NCBI GenBank assembly: GCA_947084985.1
Contig: CAMTUI010000005.1
Coordinates: 2,358-66,357, forward strand
DNA: 64,000 nucleotides
Source of the DNA: Methanobacteriota archaeon
Lineage (GTDB): Archaea; Thermoplasmatota; Thermoplasmata; RBG-16-68-12
Direction of reading: 5' to 3'
Below the pieces are notes generated by a model. The model searched no databases, was not told the origin of the DNA, and saw only the letters and a program-made list of their open reading frames with translations. Every line of letters begins with the position of its first letter. Position 1 is the stretch's first letter. Positions 55,497 to 64,000 of this stretch are shown in pieces. A program made the position numbers and the translations under genes.

Positions 55497-56387
55497 ATGG
55501 TGCTGCGCCACACGTTCATCCACATCCCGGGGGTCGGCTACCGGACGGAGGCACGACTCTGGCGGTCGGGCGTCCGCTCGTGGAACGATTTCTCCTCCCA
55601 GACGACCCCGCCGCGGTTCCCGCGCCCACTCGCCGTCCGCATCGAGCAGGAACTCGGGAGGTCCGCGGAGGCGCTCCGGCGTGGACGACAGGCATACTTC
55701 GCGACCGCGCTCCCGAGCCGGGAACACTGGCGGGCGTGGCCCGAATTCCGTGATGCCATCGCCTATCTCGACATCGAGACGACCGGATTGTCGATTGGAC
55801 GGAACGCGCTCACGGTCGTGGGCGTATACGATGGGCATCGCCGCCGGTCCTTTGTCAAGGGGGAGAATCTTCACACCCTGCCACAGGCGCTGGAGCGCGC
55901 GAAGATGTTGGTGACGTTCAACGGGTCGCGCTTCGACGTCCCCTTCCTCCGACGGGCATTCCCCCGGATCCCGTGGCATCGGTTCCTCCATGTGGACCTC
56001 CTCCACCCTCTCCGCCGTCTCGGCTTCCGGGGCGGGCTGAAGGCGATCGAGGCGGACGTCGGGATCGAACGGAGCGACGAGACGTCGGGGCTTAGCGGCT
56101 TCGATGCGGTCCGCCTCTGGGACGCGTACGAAGCAGGCGACGACGATGCCTTGGACGTGCTGATCCGGTACAACCTGGAGGACGTGGTGAATCTGGAACC
56201 GCTCGCGACCCTCTCGTACGAGGGATTGCGGGGCCTCTGCATGGAGAACGGCTTCGTGACCGCGGACCGATATCGGCCCGACCCGCTCCCCGTGGAACGC
56301 GTCACGAAACGGTTGGCGGGGCCTACGGCGCCACGCCGCGGACCCGATCTGCGGGATACCGCTCCTCGTTCTTCTCCATCTTCGTGA
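55497..56387 (+). CDS. RNase H-like (YprB/RNase_H_2) exonuclease
   Basis: YLDIETTG, TFNG..FD.PFL, GGLK.IE, YN.EDV. Confidence 0.85.
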   Translation: MVLRHTFIHIPGVGYRTEARLWRSGVRSWNDFSSQTTPPRFPRPLAVRIEQELGRSAEALRRGRQAYFATALPSREHWRAWPEFRDAIAYLDIETTGLSIGRNALTVVGVYDGHRRRSFVKGENLHTLPQALERAKMLVTFNGSRFDVPFLRRAFPRIPWHRFLHVDLLHPLRRLGFRGGLKAIEADVGIERSDETSGLSGFDAVRLWDAYEAGDDDALDVLIRYNLEDVVNLEPLATLSYEGLRGLCMENGFVTADRYRPDPLPVERVTKRLAGPTAPRRGPDLRDTAPRSSPSS

Positions 56388-56667
56388 GGATCGCTTCGGA
56401 TAGATCTAGGCCCGTCGCGTTGCAGAAACTCAGGGCATAGATCACGACATCGGCCACCTCATCCGCCAGCGCCCCGAGCTCCTCGGGTGACAGGCGAACC
56501 GCGTCGGCATCCGTACGCCAGAGAAAGCGCTCGAGCAGCTCGGAGGCCTCAAGGGAAAGAGCGATCGCGAGGTCTTTCGGTCCATGGAAGCGTTCCCAAC
56601 CGCGAACGCGGACGAACTCCCGGACCCGGTCGCGCAGCTCCCCCACGGTCGTGACGGCGTCGGCCAT
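56323..56667 (-). CDS. MazG-like nucleotide pyrophosphohydrolase
   Basis: R.W..FH.PKDLA, EASELLE.F.W, DEVADV, KM.KN..RYP. Confidence 0.88.
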   Translation of the reverse strand: MADAVTTVGELRDRVREFVRVRGWERFHGPKDLAIALSLEASELLERFLWRTDADAVRLSPEELGALADEVADVVIYALSFCNATGLDLSEAILTKMEKNEERYPADRVRGVAP

Positions 56668-56699
56668 GTCCGGGCATCGTCAGAACGGATAGAGAAGGA

Positions 56700-57077
56700 T
56701 TACGGCCGCGGGACGACCTCGTGGAGGTTCAGGATCTGCTCGGTCACCTGGCCCTCTGGGGCGGTCAGCACGCCCGCAGGGCCAATCTCGACACGGGCCC
56801 GGAGGCGGCCGTCCTCGAGAGCGATACGGACGGACTTGAGGCGGGAGCGGAAGAGCTGGAGGTCTTTCCCGTCCCGGGAGGGTAGTTCACGCTCGCAGTA
56901 GACGAACCCGATCCCTTCGAGCTCCGTGATGCACCGATAGCATGCGGCGATGGGAAAGGCGAACCGCCGGCTCAGGTCCAGCGCGGAGGAGACACGCTCG
57001 AAGGTGCCCAGCAGGATCCTCGCGGGGTACTCATCCATCACGAACTGGCTTACCTGGAGCAGATCCATGGCCTTCAT
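56700..57077 (-). CDS. Winged helix-turn-helix protein
   Basis: D.Y..RIL, S..DLS....PIA.CYR.I.EL...G. Confidence 0.75.
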   Translation of the reverse strand: MKAMDLLQVSQFVMDEYPARILLGTFERVSSALDLSRRFAFPIAACYRCITELEGIGFVYCERELPSRDGKDLQLFRSRLKSVRIALEDGRLRARVEIGPAGVLTAPEGQVTEQILNLHEVVPRP

Positions 57078-59150
57078 TCCCCCTTCAAGGAGAGGATTTT
57101 CTCAACGAAGCCGACGACGTCGTCTGCCTCGAAACGGGATGACGCCCGCTTCGAAGCGTTTCGAGCCTGCGGGTACGGAAAGGTCGTATCCCATCGTGGC
57201 GAGGCGCTTCTCCCGGAGGACCTGCTGGACGGCCTTCGCGAACGCTGCGGCCACGTCGCGAGGGAGGACCTCCTGAACGCGCTTCCCAATGAAGGATTCC
57301 GGCGGCACGTAGAGGTCCGCGTACTGGCCGGCATAGTACCCGAGGATCGTGCCGTCCGGCCGGAGACGGAGGTAGAGGTCGGGAACCGCCTAGAAGATCG
57401 CCTGCATCTCCGAGGTCGTCTGCGCGAGACGCTCCTGGGCCCCCTTCCGGTCGATCGCCATCGCGACCTGTTCCGAGACGAAATTGAGGATCGCTTTGTC
57501 CTCCTCCGTGAACCGGACACCTTCCGTGTAGCTCTGGACGACGATCACGCCGATCGTCTTGCCCCGGATCATGAGCGGCGCTCCGACCCAGTCGACGGAG
57601 GGTGGGCCAATCGAGATGACCTCCCCCTTCCGGACGAGTCCCTCGAAGACTTCAGGTGAGGCGAGGAGCGGCCGGCGGGTCCGGAGGACGTATTCCGTGA
57701 GACCCCTCCCGAGCTTCTGGGGGGGCGGCGGCGACTCCTCCTCGTCGACGAAATAGGGGAAACTCAGCGTGTCGGTCTTCTCGTCGTGAAGGGCGATGTA
57801 GAAGTTCGTGGCGGGCATGAGCCCGCCGATGATCTTGTGGATCTGCCGATACAGCTCCGGGAGGCCCTTCGCGGAGTGTGCGGCCTCCGAGATGCGGTAG
57901 ACGGCGGACTGGATCGCCTCCGCGCGACGCTCCTTCGTGACGTCCATCACGCTCCCGACGACGCGGACCGGACCTGCCGATCTATCATGGATCACGTATC
58001 CCCGGTCCACGACGGTCGCGTACGTGCCGTCGCGACGGCGGAACCGGTATTCGGCGGACCAGGAGTGCGCACCGCTCTTGATCACGTCCTGGAGGCTCTC
58101 CTCGACCCGGTCCCGGTCGTCGGGGTGGATGTGAGCCGTCCACCAAACGCCGGTCGGCTCGATCTCCTCCGCAGGGTAGCCGAAGAGCGTGGTGACGTTC
58201 TCGTTCACCCACTGGCCGTCCGTCTGTAAATCCCAGTCCCAGACGACATCGTTCGTGGCGCGGCCGAGCAGATGGAAGCGTTCCTCGCTGAGCCGGAGCG
58301 ACTCCTCCGTGCGCTTCCGCTCCGTTACGTCGAACGCGACCCCAATCGTCCCGATGACGGCGCCCTCCGGCGATCGGAGGGGTTCAATCTGAACCTCGAA
58401 GACGCGGCCAACCCATTCGATCTCCGTCGAGACACTCTCGCCAGAGAGCGCGCGGAGATGGGACAGAATCGGCTCGATGTCTCGATCCCGGGTGTCGAAG
58501 TATTCGTAGAGGCTGAGCCCCTTCGGCCGGTCCTTCAGGGACTCGAGACGGAGGAGACCTGCGCCGGTCGCCGAGGTGACGCGGAGTTCCACGTCCGTGG
58601 TCCACAGGAGGATCGGAGCCTGCTTGAGGACAACGCGCAGGCGGGCCTCGCTTCGAGAGAGCTTTTCCTCGACCGTCTTGCGTTCCGTGACGATTTGGGC
58701 CTGCTCCTTGTCATTCTCCTCCAAGCGACGGCGGTTCTCGGCCTCCTGGACTTGGTCCTCCACCATGGCGGGGAGCAGCTCCGTGTACCGCGGAGTCTTC
58801 ACGATGTACGAGTGAGCCCCCGTCTCCATCGCCCGGACGGCCGCATCCTCCGCGTCCGGCGCAACGACGAAGATCTTCGGCGTCCGCGGGAGTTTGTCGA
58901 CCAGGATCCGCAAGATTTCGATCCCGGTCGAGTCCCGCAGCTTGTGCCCCAGTACGATCGCGTCAAACGGCCGGGCGAGAGCCATGCGGACTCCTTCCTT
59001 CCCGGTGTCCGCGGATGAGACGCGGTATCCTTTCCGGCCGAGAGCCGTCACGCTAAGGATCGCATGCTCCTCGTTGCCGTCGATCACGAGGACGGTGCGT
59101 GCGGGAACCGGCTTCGGCTGGGCCGCCGGAGAGGGGGTCGTCTGCGCCAT
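57074..59150 (-). pseudogene. REC-PAS-PAS-GAF-PAS sensory protein with internal TAG (57390-57392) and a probable terminal frameshift
   Basis: Receiver, PAS/PAC (DVTERK, IHPDDR) and GAF domains; the frame after TAG continues AVPDLYLRLRPDGTIL..FIGKRVQEVLP as a PAS domain. Confidence 0.7.
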
Positions 59151-59313
59151 GGGTGGACGGGGAACGCTGAACCGTCGCGAGGCTTCCCTCGTGCGGACGG
59201 CGCGTTCCATGGCGGAGGCCTGTATAAAGTCGTTATGGGGACATTCGCGGTTTTGGAACTGACTTCTCCATGGAAGGGTGCGGGTCCAAAGCGGACGGAC
59301 GAGAGACGGAGGC

Positions 59314-60057
59314 TCACGAGGAACCCGTGACAGCGCGGGTCACCTCGAACCCGCCGTCTTCCCACGCCAGGGCGTAGTAACCCGTCTCGTGCTTCGTCGC
59401 GCGCATCTTCACGACGCGAAGACGCCGCTGGACGTACAAGTCGGACGAGGTGTGCATCTCGACCTGGACGATCCCGTCGGCGAGGTATGCCTCGTCGGGC
59501 GGATGGCCCAAGGGGCCGAGGTCGAGCGGCTTCTCGGAGATCAGGATCGTGAGCGGGCCCAGGTCGCGCAGCCACTCGAACAGGAAGTACAGCTCGGACC
59601 GGCGGTCCTGCATCTTAGCCATCGTCTCGAGCACGTCGAGGGAGTCGACGACGAGGGTCGAGATCTGATCGGACTTCATCACGTTGTTGCAGTACATTTT
59701 GAAGAGCTCGAGCCAGGTGCCGCGCCCCTGCAAGTACGAGAGATTTTTCCGGATGTTGCCCATGTCGAGCAGGGTAAGATGTTCCCACGCGCGTTCGTCA
59801 CCCATGCCCATGGAGGCCATGTGCTCGAGCGTGAGGTCCTTGCTCTGCTCGAGAGTGAAGTACGCGGACTTGCGGCCCTCTCGAAGCGCGTTCTGGTAGA
59901 GGATCGAAAAGGCGAGGGATGATTTCATCGTCCCCGGCGCGCCGCTCACGAGCACGACATAGCCCTGCGGCATTCCCCCGCTCAGGACGTCATCGAAACC
60001 GCGGACATACGTCTTGATTCGATTTCGATCCGTCGGGAGGCCCCCGCGCCCGTCCAT
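59314..60057 (-). CDS. KaiC/RAD55-like ATPase
   Basis: GFD.VL.GG.P, G.PGTMKS Walker A variant, VVDSL, YLADGI, R.LRVVKMR.T.H. Confidence 0.88.
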   Translation of the reverse strand: MDGRGGLPTDRNRIKTYVRGFDDVLSGGMPQGYVVLVSGAPGTMKSSLAFSILYQNALREGRKSAYFTLEQSKDLTLEHMASMGMGDERAWEHLTLLDMGNIRKNLSYLQGRGTWLELFKMYCNNVMKSDQISTLVVDSLDVLETMAKMQDRRSELYFLFEWLRDLGPLTILISEKPLDLGPLGHPPDEAYLADGIVQVEMHTSSDLYVQRRLRVVKMRATKHETGYYALAWEDGGFEVTRAVTGSS

Positions 60058-60140
60058 ATGGATGGACCCGTCTAAGCCTTTTCCTCCTGCGGCCAACGAC
60101 CGCACAATCTTCAAATATACTCGGGCCGCTGGGTCGCCCG

Positions 60141-60761
60141 GTGTCGCACGATCTGCTCGATGCCATCGTCGCGACCGCGCGGGTAATCGGCGCCCTCGCG
60201 CTGATCTTCTTCCTCCCGGGATGGTTGCTCGTGAACGCACTGTACCCGCGGAGGGGGGAGCTGGACCGGGAGTACGACGGGCTGTACCGCCTGACCCTCG
60301 GAATCGTCCTCTCGATCGCCGTCACCGTGTTCTGGAGCTTCTTCCTCAATTCCCTCGGCGTGAATCCTGACACGAACATCGGTTACGTGGTTCGGGACAA
60401 CATCGCGGGCGGGCTCCTCGGCCTGTCCGCGCTCTTCTTCGCCGTGGGATGGTGGCGCGGCTCGTACCCGAAGATGGCGAGGCTCCATCCGTCCCTGGCC
60501 CGCGTCCCGAAGCCGGGGGCCGGCGAACTGCTGACGGAGGAGGAGCGGGACCACAAAGTCCGCTTACGGCTCCAAAAACTCGCGCAACGCAGGGAGTCCC
60601 TCCGCCGGGCAATCAAGGACGCGGAACGCCGAATGCGCCTTCAGTCGCCCGATGCGCGCACGCACTATGAGGAGGTGCGGGACAAGTCCCGCGCAGAGCT
60701 CAAGACCGTCGAGGCGGACCTGAGGAAACTCGAAGAGGAGCGGGCGGCGGAGCTTTATTAG
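60141..60761 (+). CDS. DUF1616-like membrane protein with C-terminal coiled coil
   Basis: FFLPGW.L..ALYP...ELD...R..L...LSIA. Confidence 0.65.
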   Translation: MSHDLLDAIVATARVIGALALIFFLPGWLLVNALYPRRGELDREYDGLYRLTLGIVLSIAVTVFWSFFLNSLGVNPDTNIGYVVRDNIAGGLLGLSALFFAVGWWRGSYPKMARLHPSLARVPKPGAGELLTEEERDHKVRLRLQKLAQRRESLRRAIKDAERRMRLQSPDARTHYEEVRDKSRAELKTVEADLRKLEEERAAELY

Positions 60762-60762
60762 T

Positions 60763-61116
60763 ATGGAACAAAAGCTTGTCGTCGCGGTGCGGTCGGACCT
60801 CGATCTGTCCCGCGGCAAGATGGCCGTGCAGGTCGCCCACGCGGCCGTGATAGCGGCCCTCGACGCGAAGGCGCACCATCGGAAATGGTTCTCCGACTGG
60901 TACTCCGAGGGCCAGAAGAAAGTCGTCGTGAAGGCCGGTGGCCTCGATGACCTCCGCTCGCTGCAATCGAAGGCCCGTTCGCTTGGCTTGACGACCGCCT
61001 TAGTCGAGGACGCGGGCCTGACGGAACTCCCGCCCGGCACGACGACGTGCCTCGGCATCGGCCCGGGGCCGAACGCCCTCGTGGATAAGGTGACGGGCCA
61101 TCTGAAGCTGATGTGA
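60763..61116 (+). CDS. pth2: Peptidyl-tRNA hydrolase Pth2
   Basis: R.DL.LS.GK.A.QVAHAA, GQKKVV, DAG.TE..PGT.T..GIGP. Confidence 0.95.
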   Translation: MEQKLVVAVRSDLDLSRGKMAVQVAHAAVIAALDAKAHHRKWFSDWYSEGQKKVVVKAGGLDDLRSLQSKARSLGLTTALVEDAGLTELPPGTTTCLGIGPGPNALVDKVTGHLKLM

Positions 61117-61120
61117 CGGC

Positions 61121-61693
61121 ATGAAGCCCAAGTCCCGGTTCCTCGGGATCGACGACGCCCCGTTCCGGTTCTCCGACGAGGCGGTCCCCGTCGTGGGAGT
61201 CGTCGTCCAGGCGCCATCATACATCGAAGGAGTGCTGACGACCCTCGCGGAAGTCGACGGGCACGATGCGACGGAACGGGTCACAGAGATGATCGGCGGT
61301 TCGAGGTACCGCGCGGGCCTCGCGATGGTCCTAATCGATGGGACCGCGGTCGGCGGGTTCAACGTGATCGACATCGACGCACTCCACGCGTCCGTCGGAG
61401 TGCCGATCGTGACCGTCACCCGGAAGAAGCCCGACTTCGGAGCGATCGAGACCGCCCTGAAGCGGCGGTTCGACGACTGGGAGGAGCGCCTGCAGACGAT
61501 CCGCCGACACGGAGTCGAGCCTATGCCGGCGAAGCAGGCGACCCTGTACGTGACCTACGTGGGCTCGACGCGGGCGGCGGTCCGCGAGGGCCTCGCCCTC
61601 ACGACGGTCCGGGGTTCGCTGCCCGAGCCGCTGCGCGTGGCCCACCTGATCGCCGCGGGGATCATGCAAGGCGAGTCCCGCGGCCGGGCCTGA
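61121..61693 (+). CDS. DUF99 (UPF0215, endonuclease V-like) protein
   Basis: GIDD.PF, VDG.DAT, DG...GGFN, PEPLRVAH.IA. Confidence 0.88.
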   Translation: MKPKSRFLGIDDAPFRFSDEAVPVVGVVVQAPSYIEGVLTTLAEVDGHDATERVTEMIGGSRYRAGLAMVLIDGTAVGGFNVIDIDALHASVGVPIVTVTRKKPDFGAIETALKRRFDDWEERLQTIRRHGVEPMPAKQATLYVTYVGSTRAAVREGLALTTVRGSLPEPLRVAHLIAAGIMQGESRGRA

Positions 61694-61714
61694 GCCCTGA
61701 CGGATACGTGGAGA

Positions 61715-62749
61715 TCATCGAATCGGGAAGCGGAGCAGGGCGGCGATCCCGCCGAGGGCCTCGAGCTTCTGTCCCGATTCGTGGTGGCGGCTCACCAACA
61801 CGACGCTGCCTCGGGCCGATTCGACGTCCCGCATGAGATTCTCGATCTGCGCGTCCCGCACGACCGCGTCGCTGACGAGCAACGTATCGACCGCGCCCGA
61901 GTGGACTGCCTCGGCGACCTCGGCCGGGCCGTAGGCGCAGGGGCGGTTCGTCGCGATCGCCTCGAGGACCTGCTCGACGAGTCGCGTTTCGTAGCCGACG
62001 CGGCTGTCTCCGAAGACCTTCGCTCCCACGCCGGCCTTGAGCGCCTCGTGGATGCCCCGCATCCCCGCGTGGGACGTGCCGTGCGAGTGCACCTTGGATG
62101 CGAGTCCCGCCTCGCGCGCCTTCAGGTAGTCCAGGAACGCCTCGCGTGTGAAGCCGGGGCCCACGATCACGAGGGCCTCGCCAAGGTCCGTCGCGCGAAG
62201 CTTCCCGATGATCTCGTCGAAGTACGCGCTCCGCGTCTCGCCCGACGGGAACATCTTCCCGTGGCCGGGGGCGCGGATCGTCGCGAGTTCGCGCACGCCG
62301 TACTGGCGGAGGTGTGCAAGGAGGGCCTCCTCGTCGTCAAGGGAGAGGAAGGCGACGAGGGGCTTCTGCGCCGCAGCGACGGCCTCCTCGATCCGGCGGA
62401 GCTCGTGCGGCCTCCACGTCTTGATAATCGACAGGACATCTTCCACGCCGATGTTCAGCGTGTGGTGCCGCCCGAGGTCCTGCGGTCCCTCGACGATCAC
62501 GCCGGTGATGCGGATCCGATCCGAAAAGGCCTGGAACTCGACCTTGTCGACCTTCAAGGTCAGCGTGACGCGCACCTTCTCGCCGCGTTCCGGACGGGCC
62601 TTGTCCGTCTTCACCTCCTCGCGGCGGTACGTCGACGCGCGGACGAGATCCCCCGGGAGGACGAGGTTGTGAAGATGCCACAGGTCGTCCGCATTTTCCA
62701 CGCGGACCTTGATCTCGCCCGTCTTCGGATCCCGATGCAGGACGCGCAT
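61715..62749 (-). CDS. pelA: mRNA surveillance protein pelota
   Basis: DDLWHL.N, R.R.TG.I, G.HHT, GPGF, GGIAALLRF. Confidence 0.94.
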   Translation of the reverse strand: MRVLHRDPKTGEIKVRVENADDLWHLHNLVLPGDLVRASTYRREEVKTDKARPERGEKVRVTLTLKVDKVEFQAFSDRIRITGVIVEGPQDLGRHHTLNIGVEDVLSIIKTWRPHELRRIEEAVAAAQKPLVAFLSLDDEEALLAHLRQYGVRELATIRAPGHGKMFPSGETRSAYFDEIIGKLRATDLGEALVIVGPGFTREAFLDYLKAREAGLASKVHSHGTSHAGMRGIHEALKAGVGAKVFGDSRVGYETRLVEQVLEAIATNRPCAYGPAEVAEAVHSGAVDTLLVSDAVVRDAQIENLMRDVESARGSVVLVSRHHESGQKLEALGGIAALLRFPIR

Positions 62750-62798
62750 CGGGTCGCGGCCATGGGGGCGGTCCGTATTTCACGCTATCGAACGGCAC

Positions 62799-64000
62799 TC
62801 AGCCGATGACACCGTATCCGATGAGCCGCCACTTGCCGCCGATCCGTCGGGACACGGCCACGCGCTGCCCAGGCTCCGCGACCACGGGGATCTTCAGGGT
62901 CATATCGGCCCGGTTCTCCCGCGCGGACGTGACGACCCCCACTGTGGTCGCCGTCCCGACGCTGATCATGAGCGGCTCCGACGTCTTAATCCCCTCGACC
63001 TTCAGGTCCTCCGCGGTCCCGACGACCCGCTCGAGCAGATTGACTTCGATGGACATCCTCGAAAGGACCTCGGGCAGGGTCTCCGGCGGCCCGACGACGC
63101 GGCCGACAAGGCTGTCCGCCTTCGTGAGCACGGGATCAAGATTCGTTCCGATCGCGATGAGCCCGCCCGGGCGGACCTCCTTCTTCGCGGAGCCGCCGGT
63201 GTGCAGCGACCGCACGGTCGTCATGATGTCCTTCCACTCCGTCTTGTTCCCGACCGTCACTTGCCGTCCCGGCGTGATCTCGATCTCGTCCCCGACCTTC
63301 AGCCGTCCCTGGAGGAGGCTCCCGCCGAGAACGCCGCCGACGATCTTCTCCGGCGGGATCCCGGGCTGGTTCACGTCGAACGATCGGGCGACGTACATCT
63401 TCGCCGGTTTTGTCTCGTCATGGGACTTCGTCGGGATGACCTTCTGGATGAGCATGAGGAGCGCGTCCAAGTTCACGTCGTGGTGGGCGGACACGGGAAC
63501 GATCGGCGCCCCTTCCGCCACGGTGCCCTTCACGAACGCCTCGATCTGACGGTAGTTTTCCTTCGCCTGTTCCGGGCTCACGAGATCGATCTTGTTCTGA
63601 ACGATCACGATCCGCTCAACGCCGATAATCCCGAGGCCCATGAGGTGCTCCTTCGTTTGCGGCTGCGGGCACTCCTCGTTCGCGGCGATCACGAGCACCG
63701 CGCCGTCCATGATCGCTGCGCCGCTGAGCATCGTGGCCATGAGGGTCTCGTGACCGGGCGAGTCGACGAACGAGACAATCCGTTGGAGCTCTGCCTTGAC
63801 ATTGTGGATCTTGCAGACGTCCCGGTTCGTGTAGCACTCCGGTTCTTCGCATCGCGGGCATCGGTAGATCGCCATGTCCGCATAGCCGAGGCGGATCGAG
63901 ATGCCCCGCTTGATCTCCTCGGAATGTCGGTCCGTCCGCTCGCCCGTGAGCCGCTCCGTCAGCGTCGACTTGCCATGGTCCACGTGGCCGACCACGCCGA
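62799..64000 (-). CDS. eif2g: Translation initiation factor 2 gamma subunit (5' end outside window)
   Basis: [45 protein letters not shown]. Confidence 0.96.
   Translation of the reverse strand, partial: GVVGHVDHGKSTLTERLTGERTDRHSEEIKRGISIRLGYADMAIYRCPRCEEPECYTNRDVCKIHNVKAELQRIVSFVDSPGHETLMATMLSGAAIMDGAVLVIAANEECPQPQTKEHLMGLGIIGVERIVIVQNKIDLVSPEQAKENYRQIEAFVKGTVAEGAPIVPVSAHHDVNLDALLMLIQKVIPTKSHDETKPAKMYVARSFDVNQPGIPPEKIVGGVLGGSLLQGRLKVGDEIEITPGRQVTVGNKTEWKDIMTTVRSLHTGGSAKKEVRPGGLIAIGTNLDPVLTKADSLVGRVVGPPETLPEVLSRMSIEVNLLERVVGTAEDLKVEGIKTSEPLMISVGTATTVGVVTSARENRADMTLKIPVVAEPGQRVAVSRRIGGKWRLIGYGVIG

Overview
High-GC archaeal chromosome segment, most consistent with Thermoplasmatota (archaeal 16S not linked to 23S; TFB, aIF2-gamma, pelota, Pcc1, arcTGT). 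It is mostly housekeeping and energy/sulfur metabolism: nirK, AOR, a doubled suf cluster running into cysM-mec-cysO/moeZ, split metE, nuoB/nuoI-like, 2-oxoacid:ferredoxin oxidoreductase, fumC, tRNA-Ser(GCT) and tRNA-Gln(TTG). Standout 1: the minus-strand 16S rRNA gene carries a 233-nt ORF-less group I intron (11327-11559) after U1498 (E. coli numbering), with P1-P10 pairings visible by eye. A free-standing, lower-GC, two-motif LAGLIDADG endonuclease gene (10563-11096) lies about 190 nt past the 16S 3' end on the same strand, suggesting a split intron plus homing-endonuclease (collaborative homing) system in an archaeal rRNA locus. Standout 2: a palindrome TATAAC-N3-GTTATA overlaps four putative promoters (beta-carbonic anhydrase, cysO-moeZ, sufB operon, a tfb gene), suggesting a sulfur/Fe-S regulon. 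Several small pseudogene remnants are also present. All calls come from reading motifs by eye; no database searches were run and many start codons are estimates.
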